The notes beneath the pieces are model-generated. The model saw nothing but the letters and a program-made list of their open reading frames with translations, searched no databases and was not told where the DNA came from. The position numbers were made by a program, and so were the translations under genes. From a virus, in the IMG/VR virus record IMGVR_UViG_3300037511_000195: a stretch of DNA of 43,363 nt; one strand, 5' to 3'. Of this stretch, positions 15,848 through 24,531 are shown in pieces (positions within the stretch are counted from its first letter, which is position 1; every line of letters starts with the position of its first letter).

Positions 15848-16939
15848 CTAGAACTTCACCTTCTTCGCACTGGCCAGGGAATGCCGATGGTCGGGATGCA
15901 CGTAAGTGCGCATCGCCAGCGCGCCACCATCGGCATGGCCGAGCCACCGGCTGACGGTCGGCACATCGACACCACTCTTGATGGCCACGGTGGCGAACAT
16001 GTGCCGCAGGTCGTAGACACGCTGGTGCGGCAGGCCCAGCTTGCGGCAGGCGTTGCGGAGCGCCGTGTTGCGGGGATGTTGTTTACGCGGGAACACGTAG
16101 ACGCCTTCGCGATCCAGCGTCTTGAGCAGCCTGCGCATGGGGGCAATGATGGGAATCGGGGGCCGCTCCGATCCCGTCTGCGACAGCGTCTTGCCGCCTG
16201 CTACGCGAATGAATCCCTCATCCTCGTTGATGTGCTCCCACTTGAGCGCCAGTTGCTCTCCAGGCCGCATGCCGCTGTAGGCCGCGAACTCCAGCCAATC
16301 GGCGCAGGTCTGCGCGTGCCATTGCGAGCTGTCCCGAATTACGGAAATCAGACTATGAAATTGTTCCGGCGTCAGCACGTCGCGGCGTTTGCGCACAATC
16401 CGCAGGCGCCGGATCTTCGCCGCCGGATTCTCGGAAATCACCCCGGCACTGCGAGCCAGCTCAATACCGCGCCGCACCCACATCAGCAGATGATTGGCCT
16501 GCTGTGGCGCGTATTTGGACAGCACCCGATTCCACCACTCCACCATGTCGGCAGGCTGCACCTCTGCCAGCTTCTTTTCGGGGAGTGCCGCGCCCTTGCC
16601 GAGCGCCGCCAGCGAATCCAAATATCCGGTGCGGGTGGAGTCCATGATCGCCGCGTCGGCCTTCACGGTCGCCCGCAGTCGCACTACCACGTCCGCAAAA
16701 GTTTGCAGGCTGTCGGCGGCGACGGCCACGCGGCGCCCCATCAGCAACAGCTTGGCGGGTAATAGTTCCTTGGCCCGCTGGTAAACCTGCGTCCGCAGGC
16801 TCCGGAAGGACTGCTTCCCCTTCACCGACAGCCGGGCGTAGTAGTTCCCGCTCGGAACATGCAGGTAAAGATTCTGAGTATTGGTGGATCGCCAAATTTC
16901 CTTGCTGGCCTTTTCCGGGGGTGTAGGGTGCGCCCTCAT
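15848..16939 (-). CDS. int: Tyrosine recombinase / phage integrase
   Basis: C-terminal catalytic signature: YSGMRPGE (Arg), HQRVYDLRHMFAT (H-x-x-R) and GHADGGALAMRTYVH (Tyr). I preferred the ATG at 16939, because the track start at 16963 is a TTG. Confidence 0.9.
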   Translation of the reverse strand: MRAHPTPPEKASKEIWRSTNTQNLYLHVPSGNYYARLSVKGKQSFRSLRTQVYQRAKELLPAKLLLMGRRVAVAADSLQTFADVVVRLRATVKADAAIMDSTRTGYLDSLAALGKGAALPEKKLAEVQPADMVEWWNRVLSKYAPQQANHLLMWVRRGIELARSAGVISENPAAKIRRLRIVRKRRDVLTPEQFHSLISVIRDSSQWHAQTCADWLEFAAYSGMRPGEQLALKWEHINEDEGFIRVAGGKTLSQTGSERPPIPIIAPMRRLLKTLDREGVYVFPRKQHPRNTALRNACRKLGLPHQRVYDLRHMFATVAIKSGVDVPTVSRWLGHADGGALAMRTYVHPDHRHSLASAKKVKF

Positions 16940-16985
16940 TTCATGCACTTTTCCGGCACCCAACGCACCATGTCAACCGCGCCAA

Positions 16986-17233
16986 TGTATAAGGCGCTGT
17001 ATAACGGCGTGGCTGGAAAGTCGTGGAACGCTCACCAATAGATACATGCCGAAGTGGCGGAATGGCAGACGCGCTAGACTCAAAATGCAGTTTCAGGGGT
17101 GGACTAAAAGGGTATGAATGGTATTATCCGGAAAGTTTTAGCTGATTTTTCTCTGTAGACGCTTCCTCTTTCCGCGCGCCGGGTTGTGGAACGCCCCACA
17201 GAAAACACCACGGCTGTATAACGCGCTGTATAA
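16986..17233. other. Candidate attP region (core plus arm-type repeats)
   Basis: It lies immediately upstream of int. A tRNA-Leu 5' half (17048-17085) is flanked by TGTATAAggcgCTGTATAA (16986-17004) plus GTGGAACGC (17023-17031) on one side, and GTGGAACGC (17186-17194) plus CTGTATAAcgcgCTGTATAA (17214-17233) on the other. Confidence 0.55.
17048..17085 (+). pseudogene. tRNA-Leu(CAA) 5' half only (acceptor 5' strand, D arm, anticodon stem 5' strand and loop)
   Basis: GCCGAAG-TG-GCGG-AATGGCAGAC-GCGC-T-AGA/CTCAAAA closely matches bacterial tRNA-Leu up to the anticodon loop (CAA). The following TGCAG does not complement the stem, and no T arm follows. Confidence 0.6.
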
Positions 17234-17252
17234 GAAATTCACTGTTCCTCCT

Positions 17253-17651
17253 ATGAGCTATCACTACCTTGATCCGAACGGCCAAGTAGAAGGGCCGGTG
17301 TCGCTCACCGACATGCGGGCGCTGTTCAACGATGGGCTGCTGCATCGCCGCGTGCACGTCAGCAAGGAGGGCGGCGAATGGAAAGAAGCGCGCTACTTTC
17401 CAGAACTCGGGGCGAAACCGAAGGTGGGCGAAGTCTACATGCCGCGTGCGCCGAAGAAAGAATCGGAGCTTCCGGATGGGTTCGGCGTTGTGGCGCTGCT
17501 GTCTTTCCTGCTGCCGGTGATCGGCATCGTGGGGACGCTGGCTTACGCGCTCAAAGGCAAATCCGGCGCCGCCCTGACGATTCTGCTCCTGGCACTCGTA
17601 TCCAGTGTTCTGTGGGTGGTGTTGGGCCACGCGCTCGCCACGCGGCTATAG
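17253..17651 (+). CDS. GYF_2 (DUF4339)-domain membrane protein; moron next to attP
   Basis: MSYHYLDPNGQVEGPVSLTDMRALFNDGLLHRRVHVSKEGGEWKEARYFPEL matches the GYF_2 pattern. Two hydrophobic segments follow. It is an isolated plus-strand gene. Confidence 0.65.
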   Translation: MSYHYLDPNGQVEGPVSLTDMRALFNDGLLHRRVHVSKEGGEWKEARYFPELGAKPKVGEVYMPRAPKKESELPDGFGVVALLSFLLPVIGIVGTLAYALKGKSGAALTILLLALVSSVLWVVLGHALATRL

Positions 17652-17659
17652 TTTGCCTT

Positions 17660-17842
17660 ATGCTTGGCTCCCCTGCACTTGACGCGACCATTTGGGCAGC
17701 AGTGTCCACGTTTGTTTTGTGGGCCGGGCATTGTCTACACGCAGACGCGCGACGAGAGCCGATCTCGTTTCGGCGGTGGCTCCCTTGGGGTATGAGCTCG
17801 TTTGTGGGCGTATGGCTGGCCGTTTACTACGCTACGCGATAG
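17660..17842 (+). CDS. Possible small 2-TM protein (60 aa)
   Basis: MLGSPALDATIWAAVSTFVLWAGHC...SSFVGVWLAVYYATR starts at an ATG 9 nt after the GYF gene stop. It is not listed as such in the track (it is the tail of 17378..17842). Confidence 0.3.
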   Translation: MLGSPALDATIWAAVSTFVLWAGHCLHADARREPISFRRWLPWGMSSFVGVWLAVYYATR

Positions 17843-17928
17843 CGGAAGCGATGGCGCCCGCGATGGCGGCAATAGCCGCCCAGCGCAGCCAGAAAGCGCA
17901 CCGATTAGCCCACGGGCATGCGGCCTGT

Positions 17929-18261
17929 TCAGCGATCTGTTTCATGTCCTTGTTTCGATTTAAAGTTGCGAACTGCGCGCCTGCCCTGGTGTAGGGCCTT
18001 CATGCCGATCTCCTGCGCAAGGAAGGCGGTGGCGATGATGAGGACGGGCAACGGCACCCAATCGGTGCTTTTTGGGTAGGCGCGGGCGAGCTGGCCCACT
18101 ATTACCGGAACCAAGATAGAAATGCAGAGGATGCGTAGCTTTTCCGCCACCGTGAACATCCATCGCATACCGGGGGCGATCCGCCACTCCAGAACGACGC
18201 GCAGCAGCGCGGCGGGGGTAGCCATCACCAGGTCTTGGGACATTTCGGTTGGGGTGGTCAT
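17929..18261 (-). CDS. Membrane protein (110 aa)
   Basis: Two or three hydrophobic segments (LRILCISILVPVIVGQLA, PLPVLIIATAFLAQ). ATGA coupling to the upstream gene. Confidence 0.5.
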   Translation of the reverse strand: MTTPTEMSQDLVMATPAALLRVVLEWRIAPGMRWMFTVAEKLRILCISILVPVIVGQLARAYPKSTDWVPLPVLIIATAFLAQEIGMKALHQGRRAVRNFKSKQGHETDR

Positions 18262-18548
18262 TTTTTGGTGATCGTTGGGAAATAGATTTCACCTGGGAAC
18301 TGCTCCCCATAAGCCTTCTGCCACAGCAGCGAGTTGAACCGCATCTGACTGGCGAGGTTCACATTCCGGAACTCGTCAGCGGCCCGAAATTGCGTCTCCA
18401 CCTCACCGAGCCGCTCCATAAGAGTCGTCTCGATGGTGTTGATCTTCGCGTACATGATGATCAGCGGCGCGATGACAAAGAGCAGAACTCCGAGAGCCTG
18501 AATGATCAGCGATGCGGTGGCTTTGCCATTGGCGGGTTCTGCGCTCAT
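18258..18548 (-). CDS. Membrane protein (96 aa)
   Basis: N-terminal TM segment (LIIQALGVLLFVIAPLIIMY). It follows the tailspike gene by 5 nt. Confidence 0.5.
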   Translation of the reverse strand: MSAEPANGKATASLIIQALGVLLFVIAPLIIMYAKINTIETTLMERLGEVETQFRAADEFRNVNLASQMRFNSLLWQKAYGEQFPGEIYFPTITKK

Positions 18549-18552
18549 GGGT

Positions 18553-20649
18553 TTATGCTACATCAGTGTCGATGATTAAGCCGCCAGCGATGATGTTCGT
18601 AGCGTTCGCGTGCGGCGTCTTGTTGATCGCGCTCGCGGTAGCGCGGTAGTTCATCGCTCCTCCTGATGCCGTGATTCCATTCGTCACGCTTGCGCCTGCG
18701 ACCAAAACGCAAGAGTGAAAGCGCAATCCAGTTGCGAGGATGTCGGCGATCACGCCATTCGCATTTGTGGTGGTCACTCTCGGCCCGCTGACGTAAAGAT
18801 CTCCACCCTGGTGATCCACCCCAAGCGTTCCGCTAAATTCGTAACTTTGTCCGTTCAGGTAGATGCTTCCATCGTTTACCTGTGCAATCTTTGCGCAGGT
18901 CGCGCGCTCTACATCTACCACAGCGATTGCACCGGATACCGCGTCCGAGATCAGCAATGACGCGCCGCAGTCAATTCGCTTCGCGGAAATGGACACCATG
19001 CCGCTCGTGTGCGCCACATAGAAGCAATCGCTGGTCGCGGAAATATCATCGAAATCAAAAACCACGTCGACGCCAACTCCACCAGCCGCCGAAACCGTAT
19101 CGCTGCCGTCGCTGATGGCTGCCAGCCCGAATACCCTCGCAATGATATTGTCGTTTTGGAACAGGCAAACATATCCCGCGCCGCCTGCGGCCCATTCGAA
19201 GTGCCCACTGCCAGTCACATAGCAGTCCGTGAGGCTGTCGCCATTCTCACTTCCAAAAATAAACTCTCGGCCAACTGTAGGCGTGCCCGTGTAGATAATC
19301 TTAGCGCCGCTCATGAAGTGCCACCGTACTCCAGACTTTGCTAGGTCGTTTTCATTATAGGTGCCAGGTCCGACAACAATCGTATCACCGCTACTCGCCG
19401 CCGTCTTGGCCGCACCGAGCGTCAGGAACGGCTTATCGAGCGGAAACTGCCGCGTGCCCGTGGAATCGCTGCCGAACACAGAATCCACGCGTAGGGTCTT
19501 GCCCTGATGGATATCGCCAGACTTGATCCAGCTCTCGTTGCCGGTCGCTTGCCCGGGCGTGTTGCCAATGAGGTCGGCGGAGATGGTGGCCGCAACCTGC
19601 ACCGCCGTCTTGATCTGCCCGCTGGCTTCGGAGATTTCAATTTCCAGCGTCACGGCGCCCGTTGAATCCGTCGCCAGAATGTCTGATGCGCCAGCAGTCG
19701 AGGTCGTGACCACGCCTTGCAGCCCAATCGGGACCTGCAGTGTGTTGGTGAGGACTGTGAGTGTGGGAACGTTACTGAAGGCGACGTTCGTCCCGATAAG
19801 CGTCACCGTGTAGCTGCCTGCGCCATTCTGAACGCATGTGACCGTGTTGTCGCCTTCGCCGTTCGGGTCGAAAGCGTTCGTTACGTCGGTCGAGGATGCA
19901 TTGTAGGGAATCGGTCCAATCGTGAAGCTGGCTCCCAGCTTATCGACCAGCGTATAGAATGTGGCGCCGTCGATGGCGTCCGCGTTCCATTCGAGGTCAA
20001 AGGATTTACAGACCGTAGAACTACCTGCCGTATTTACGGGAGAGGTAGTCGAGACCGAATCAAATGCGGTCCAGCCCGACGCGCGGAGAATCGGCAGGGC
20101 TTTCGCGACCTGTAGAATCCAACGGTTATTTAGTCCCGGGGTCGTCGCGCTCGCCGTTTGGGTCTTCGTGATGTAGATCACTGACCCATCCGGAGCTAGA
20201 GCCGCTGTGTTGCCGGTCAGCGCCAGTGTTGGATTCGCCGTTGCACCAGAGTCCACGTACCATGTCCCCGTCGAGGGGCTCGTCACGGCCACCGAGGCGA
20301 GACCGCCAAGGGCCGAAAGCGCGGTGGCGACGGCGCTTGCAGATGCGTTGTACGCGATAGCTGAAGACGTGCCGCTGATGGATGATGTTATGGTGAACGT
20401 GCCAGCATTAGGCTGCGCGCCCACCACACCCGCGCCAAACTTCACTGAAGGCCACGCGGAAGGGTCTGTGTAAATCCAAGGACGCCCAGCGGTCGGGACG
20501 GGGTTAGGAACAAGTAAATGCAGCCGGACATTAGTCGCGTCTGAGCGGGGGAAGACCGGAGAGACGGCCAGTGATTCCGAGGTGAAAGACGAAACAAGGG
20601 CTTGGTCCGGCGACTGCGCCCGAATGTTGATATAGTATTCCGCCGTCAC
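18553..20649 (-). CDS. Tail fibre / tailspike with a right-handed beta-helix (pectate-lyase-like) domain
   Basis: GTG start. The N-terminal half is Ser/Thr/Ala-rich. The central segment (RVDSVFGSDSTGTRQFPLDKPFLTLGAAKTAASSGDTIVVGPGTYNEND) is typical of the entry to beta-helix depolymerases. It is the last large gene of the tail module. Confidence 0.6.
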   Translation of the reverse strand: MTAEYYINIRAQSPDQALVSSFTSESLAVSPVFPRSDATNVRLHLLVPNPVPTAGRPWIYTDPSAWPSVKFGAGVVGAQPNAGTFTITSSISGTSSAIAYNASASAVATALSALGGLASVAVTSPSTGTWYVDSGATANPTLALTGNTAALAPDGSVIYITKTQTASATTPGLNNRWILQVAKALPILRASGWTAFDSVSTTSPVNTAGSSTVCKSFDLEWNADAIDGATFYTLVDKLGASFTIGPIPYNASSTDVTNAFDPNGEGDNTVTCVQNGAGSYTVTLIGTNVAFSNVPTLTVLTNTLQVPIGLQGVVTTSTAGASDILATDSTGAVTLEIEISEASGQIKTAVQVAATISADLIGNTPGQATGNESWIKSGDIHQGKTLRVDSVFGSDSTGTRQFPLDKPFLTLGAAKTAASSGDTIVVGPGTYNENDLAKSGVRWHFMSGAKIIYTGTPTVGREFIFGSENGDSLTDCYVTGSGHFEWAAGGAGYVCLFQNDNIIARVFGLAAISDGSDTVSAAGGVGVDVVFDFDDISATSDCFYVAHTSGMVSISAKRIDCGASLLISDAVSGAIAVVDVERATCAKIAQVNDGSIYLNGQSYEFSGTLGVDHQGGDLYVSGPRVTTTNANGVIADILATGLRFHSCVLVAGASVTNGITASGGAMNYRATASAINKTPHANATNIIAGGLIIDTDVA

Positions 20650-20660
20650 TCCGCCTTTTT

Positions 20661-20679
20661 ATCGCAAGTAACTTGCGAT
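20661..20679 (-). promoter_or_regulatory. Late-region motif copy L1 (GCAAGTAAnTTGCG family)
   Basis: Plus strand reads atcgcaagtaacttgcgat, a 7-bp inverted repeat. In minus sense it fills the 17-nt spacer between TTGACA (20680-20685) and ATAAAA (20657-20662), 7 nt before the GTG start. Confidence 0.5.
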
Positions 20680-20681
20680 TG

Positions 20682-21419
20682 TCAAACCGGAACCTGATAG
20701 GTCTGCCGAATCTTAGCGAACGTGGTCGAGTCCCGCACTTGGTCTACCGCCGCGCTCCCGTAGCCGAACGGGAAGTATTCGAGAATAGTGACCGTGAGGC
20801 TGGCGCCCGTCACCGGGAACACGGCGTCAGATACCCAAAACGGAAAAGCGTTACCCTCAAAGCTCCCAGTGTCGGCAAAGGCGGAGCCGGATGAGCTGTA
20901 GCTCTTGACCTGATAGACCGGGGTGCTGGATTTCGTCACCACCATATCCATCTCGAACATCGGCAGGTGGTCGCCGGTAGGGCTGTATAGCTTGTCCCGC
21001 GCCACCGATCCGCCGCCAGCGGATAGCGGCCCAAAGTATTCAATGTTGCCCGAAACGGCTGCGCTTCCGCCTGTCGCAAATGCAAACCGGCAAGGTCCGA
21101 TGGTGCCAAGGTCTGGCTGGCCGATCCCTGGGAACAAAAGGTCTTTCTCGTCGGCGAATGGAAGGGTGGCGTTCCGACCAAGCCTCTGCGTGTCGACGGT
21201 GAAACTAGCGTTGCCGTCCGGGTCCGATGAATTAATATCCAACCCGAACCGGACGATCTTTGCGTGATACCATAGCCATGCCGTTTCCGGGCTGACCTGG
21301 AAGGGATGCGAGAGATCGACCGGGGACGCGATGGTGGGCTCAACCTGGAATGGGAAGAGAATCACCGGATCGTTGCCGCCGTCCGTGCGCGCGGCCTGCA
21401 TAAGCGCGCGCGTCCTCAT
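20682..21419 (-). CDS. Tail/baseplate-associated structural protein (245 aa)
   Basis: Position between the tape-measure-like gene and the tailspike, with beta-rich composition. Confidence 0.45.
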   Translation of the reverse strand: MRTRALMQAARTDGGNDPVILFPFQVEPTIASPVDLSHPFQVSPETAWLWYHAKIVRFGLDINSSDPDGNASFTVDTQRLGRNATLPFADEKDLLFPGIGQPDLGTIGPCRFAFATGGSAAVSGNIEYFGPLSAGGGSVARDKLYSPTGDHLPMFEMDMVVTKSSTPVYQVKSYSSSGSAFADTGSFEGNAFPFWVSDAVFPVTGASLTVTILEYFPFGYGSAAVDQVRDSTTFAKIRQTYQVPV

Positions 21420-21703
21420 ACCTGCGGATCGATGATCTTCTGTGCCGGAATTTGGTACGCCACCTTTTCTCCCAGCCCGCCAGCGCCGTTTTCGGTGACG
21501 TAAAACAAGCGTCGCTCCATGCCATCCAGTAGCCCCTTGGACGCACCCTTGGCTCCGTTTTTGCCCTTCTTGTAGGCGCGGATGATGGTGTTCACGGCAG
21601 CCACAAGCTTGTTGAGATGATCGCGCTGGGACTTCATTCCGCCCTCGAACGGCTTCAGTTCCTCCAGCTTCCCAATGTCATCGTTTTGCAGGTCTTCAGC
21701 CAT
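21416..21703 (-). CDS. Hypothetical structural-module protein (95 aa)
   Basis: The ATG at 21703 (MAEDLQNDDIGKLEELK...) abuts the upstream stop. ATGA coupling downstream. Confidence 0.45.
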   Translation of the reverse strand: MAEDLQNDDIGKLEELKPFEGGMKSQRDHLNKLVAAVNTIIRAYKKGKNGAKGASKGLLDGMERRLFYVTENGAGGLGEKVAYQIPAQKIIDPQV

Positions 21704-21705
21704 GG

Positions 21706-22437
21706 CTAGATTTGATAGACGAATCCAGCATTCGCCAGGTCCAGCGGCTGAAGGACGGCCACATTGACCTCGCGGCACTGCCACCATTGGCCCACCTGCT
21801 CATAGTCCCAGGAGTCCGTGAAAACCTGTGCGACCATATTGTAGGCGTTTGCCGTGCCGTTGATGATCAGGCCGCCAATCTTCGAAGCGCCGGGCGATTT
21901 AAAGGTGCGGCCCCGAAAGATGATCCACGCCCCCGCCGCACCGGTGCGTGAGATGATCTGAAGTGTCTCCTTCGTCACATCCAACTTGCCTCTATACTTG
22001 AGTGCCGTGGGCTTCTCTCGCGTGCTATAAAGGTAGGTTGCCGTTGGCGCTTCGTATTCGAAGGTGGCGCTGATACCGTTCGTTTGCCCCAGGACATCGC
22101 CGATAAATGGAATCGTCACGCTCTCCCGATGCATCCCAAACTTGGGCACAGGTTCCGGAATCCCGTTCGCTCCGCTGCCGCCAAGGATTCCGCCAAAGTA
22201 AAGGTCCGCCTTGGCTGTCGCCCGCCCCATGGCGATGTGATAGTTCACCATCACGAGGTCGGGATAAATGGAATCCTTGATATCGCGGCGCCGCTTCAGG
22301 GTTGCGAGATACGTAGGAAGTTGATCCACGCGGCCCTCGATATGCCGTACGAGCCGATCCATTCCCCACGGATCAACATCCAGCTCCGCTCCCGCGACCT
22401 CCTTATAAGTGCAATCGCCAATGAAAACGGTGCTCAT
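21706..22437 (-). CDS. Distal-tail-like structural protein (243 aa)
   Basis: It lies immediately downstream of the tape-measure-like gene (ATGA coupling) and is beta-rich. Confidence 0.45.
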   Translation of the reverse strand: MSTVFIGDCTYKEVAGAELDVDPWGMDRLVRHIEGRVDQLPTYLATLKRRRDIKDSIYPDLVMVNYHIAMGRATAKADLYFGGILGGSGANGIPEPVPKFGMHRESVTIPFIGDVLGQTNGISATFEYEAPTATYLYSTREKPTALKYRGKLDVTKETLQIISRTGAAGAWIIFRGRTFKSPGASKIGGLIINGTANAYNMVAQVFTDSWDYEQVGQWWQCREVNVAVLQPLDLANAGFVYQI

Positions 22438-23807
22438 TTTGCAAGGTTCTTAGCGTTTTCTTCAGCGATGCGCCGCGCAAGTGTGTCAATGTCTTCCTTC
22501 GCGATGCGCGATTGAATCTGACCCTTTCGAAAATTGTCGGCATCCTTGATTCGATCCGCCACGCGCGCCCGCCGTTGCGCCGGCGTTAGCCCGCGCCCGC
22601 CGTAGCGCCGAAGGTCTTGGTCTTCCTTGTCAACCTCGCGCTCGGAGATGGTCTTGATGGCATGGCGCAGGCGATTGTCGCGCTGATTCTCGATATGCGC
22701 CTGCCGTGGGTCGATTAGCGCTTCTGCCTTATCGACGATCCGTTTTCCGCGAATCTCTTTCGCCATCAATAGTTGACTCGCCAACTCCCGCGATTGAGCC
22801 TCCAGCCCGTATTGATCAAAGAGACCATGCAGTCCTTTGGATGCCAGCGCAGCCAACTCTCTGGCGTGTTCCATTAGGGTCTTGGCCTTCTTTTCTTGCC
22901 GGTCTATTTCTTCGCCCTTCCGCTTTTGCGCCTCAGCCTCTTGTTCGCAAAGTTCCAGGCTTCGTTCATCGGCCTTCTCAATCTCCAGATCGGAGCGGAT
23001 GCGCGCCTCTGCCGCTCCCACTGATGCCTGCTCTGCTTCGCGCGTCAGGTCCACGATGCGCAAGATGCGCTGATCCACCTCAAGTGTATCCATGGCCGCG
23101 AACTTCTTGCGGATCGCATCTTCGGCTTGGTCTTTTGCCGCCATGGAGACCGTGGAACTGGCCCCGTAAATTCCGCTGCTATAGTTTTTCCATACCTCCG
23201 CAAGCTCGCGCGCCATATCCTTTTGCCGGATCAACTGCTGTTCCGCTAGGGCGCCACCACTCCGGCGTGCGTTGATATTTTCGGCCTCGTCGTTAGCCTT
23301 GAAGGTGATTGTCGAAATCGCATCGCTGAGACGTTGCGCCTTCTCGATTCGCGCGGTGAACTCGTCGAGTTTTTTGGTGGCTTTCTCGGTATTGGTTGCC
23401 CACTGGTAAATCCCAGCGCCAATAGCCAACACGCCACCAACGATCATGCCGGTGGGCCCAAACAGGGAAGCGATCTGCGAGCCCTGTTGCGCAATCACCG
23501 TGGCGGCTTTTGCCCCTCCCGACAACTGAACCGCGATATCTTGCGCCTGGAGGGCTACGCCGCCGACGTTGCGTAGCATCGGATTCTTGGACGCAGCCGC
23601 CTGGGCCTCTTTGTTGGCCCGAATCGCAGCCTTGTTCAGGTCGTCGTAGCTGCGTGAAGTCCTCTCCGCCGCCCGCTGAACGCGCTTAAATTCGTTCTCT
23701 GCCGCTGATGCAAACGCACGTGTCTCGCGCTGCATCTGCTTGGCGCCCTGCTCAACACCAGAGCCGTCTATCCCTGCGGTAACGGCGATGTCGTATTGGG
23801 CTGCCAT
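22434..23807 (-). CDS. Tape-measure-like protein (457 aa)
   Basis: Long Ala/Gln/Glu/Arg-rich helical protein with a Gly-rich hydrophobic segment (GPTGMIVGGVLAIGAGIYQW). It sits downstream of the frameshift chaperone pair. Confidence 0.5.
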   Translation of the reverse strand: MAAQYDIAVTAGIDGSGVEQGAKQMQRETRAFASAAENEFKRVQRAAERTSRSYDDLNKAAIRANKEAQAAASKNPMLRNVGGVALQAQDIAVQLSGGAKAATVIAQQGSQIASLFGPTGMIVGGVLAIGAGIYQWATNTEKATKKLDEFTARIEKAQRLSDAISTITFKANDEAENINARRSGGALAEQQLIRQKDMARELAEVWKNYSSGIYGASSTVSMAAKDQAEDAIRKKFAAMDTLEVDQRILRIVDLTREAEQASVGAAEARIRSDLEIEKADERSLELCEQEAEAQKRKGEEIDRQEKKAKTLMEHARELAALASKGLHGLFDQYGLEAQSRELASQLLMAKEIRGKRIVDKAEALIDPRQAHIENQRDNRLRHAIKTISEREVDKEDQDLRRYGGRGLTPAQRRARVADRIKDADNFRKGQIQSRIAKEDIDTLARRIAEENAKNLAK

Positions 23808-23826
23808 ATTGCAAGTAAATTGCGTT
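23808..23826 (-). promoter_or_regulatory. Late-region motif copy L2
   Basis: Plus strand reads attgcaagtaaattgcgtt, directly abutting the ATG at 23807. Confidence 0.5.
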
Positions 23827-23858
23827 TAAGCCTAAAAGTAAATCCTATTGTGTCGGAA

Positions 23859-24527
23859 TCATCGGCGCTCCGCCTGCACTGCCTTGGCGAATTTCTTCCC
23901 AAGGTATTTGATCATGTCCAACCTGGCGTTATTGAGCGCAGTTGGAATTGGTCGCGTGGCTACCTTACTTGCGCCTCTCGCGGTGTTGAATGCCGTAACC
24001 TTGAGGCGGCTTGCGGTGGCCGGGATGCTGTCCGCATCACTGGCCTTGTTCTTCCTGGCCTGCGTCGTCATCGGGATATTATCCTGCCGGTTGAGCGTGT
24101 TTCCCGGGACGGTCTTCGCCAGATCAAACGCGGAGAACAGCCACGACGCGGCCATGTAGGCGCGCGAACGGACGCGGGCATCGATGATCTTTTTCTCCAT
24201 GACCTCCAGGGCCGCGCGCGTGATGTGGCCACCCTGCCGGTATAGCGCCTGCGCCGCCAGCACCCGAGAGAGCCGCGCAGTGATCGGCGTGCCTCCGCGA
24301 ATACTATAAGTCACCACGCGCGCCATGTCGGCGCGTATGTCGGACTCAAGGGCCCTTAGTGTGAGGTGCACCAGCCCCTTCACGCCCGGCGCTCCCACCA
24401 GCACCTTTAGCATCTGCCGGTTTAGTTCCAGCGGCAGAAATGAGTTCTTGGCCTTCGCGATGGCCTCAACGGCGCGCTGGAATCCGGCCAGTGAAACGGT
24501 GAGCCTTGTGGATGGTTTGCGTGGCAT
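23859..24527 (-). CDS. Hypothetical tail-module protein (222 aa)
   Basis: The ATG lies 4 nt after the stop of the frameshift extension frame. Protein-like sequence with no recognisable family. Confidence 0.5.
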   Translation of the reverse strand: MPRKPSTRLTVSLAGFQRAVEAIAKAKNSFLPLELNRQMLKVLVGAPGVKGLVHLTLRALESDIRADMARVVTYSIRGGTPITARLSRVLAAQALYRQGGHITRAALEVMEKKIIDARVRSRAYMAASWLFSAFDLAKTVPGNTLNRQDNIPMTTQARKNKASDADSIPATASRLKVTAFNTARGASKVATRPIPTALNNARLDMIKYLGKKFAKAVQAERR

Positions 24528-24531
24528 ATCG

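Noticed and set aside
15881-16762. Long plus-strand ORF (293 aa) antisense to the integrase gene. Similar antisense ORFs are 31285..32238 (317 aa), 33332..34309 (325 aa), 1941..2477, 14690..15259, 22706..23275 and 30625..31191.
   Set aside because: They lie entirely inside well-supported minus-strand genes. Their Arg/Gly/Ala/Pro/His-rich composition is typical of shadow frames in GC-rich DNA, and they show no recognisable motifs.
17832-17945. A 37-codon minus-strand ORF (MKQIAEQAACPWANRCAFWLRWAAIAAIAGAIASAIA) in the convergent gap after the membrane-protein genes.
   Set aside because: It overlaps both the end of 17929..18261 and the candidate plus-strand 17660..17842 ORF. It has low-complexity Ala-rich composition and no supporting signal.
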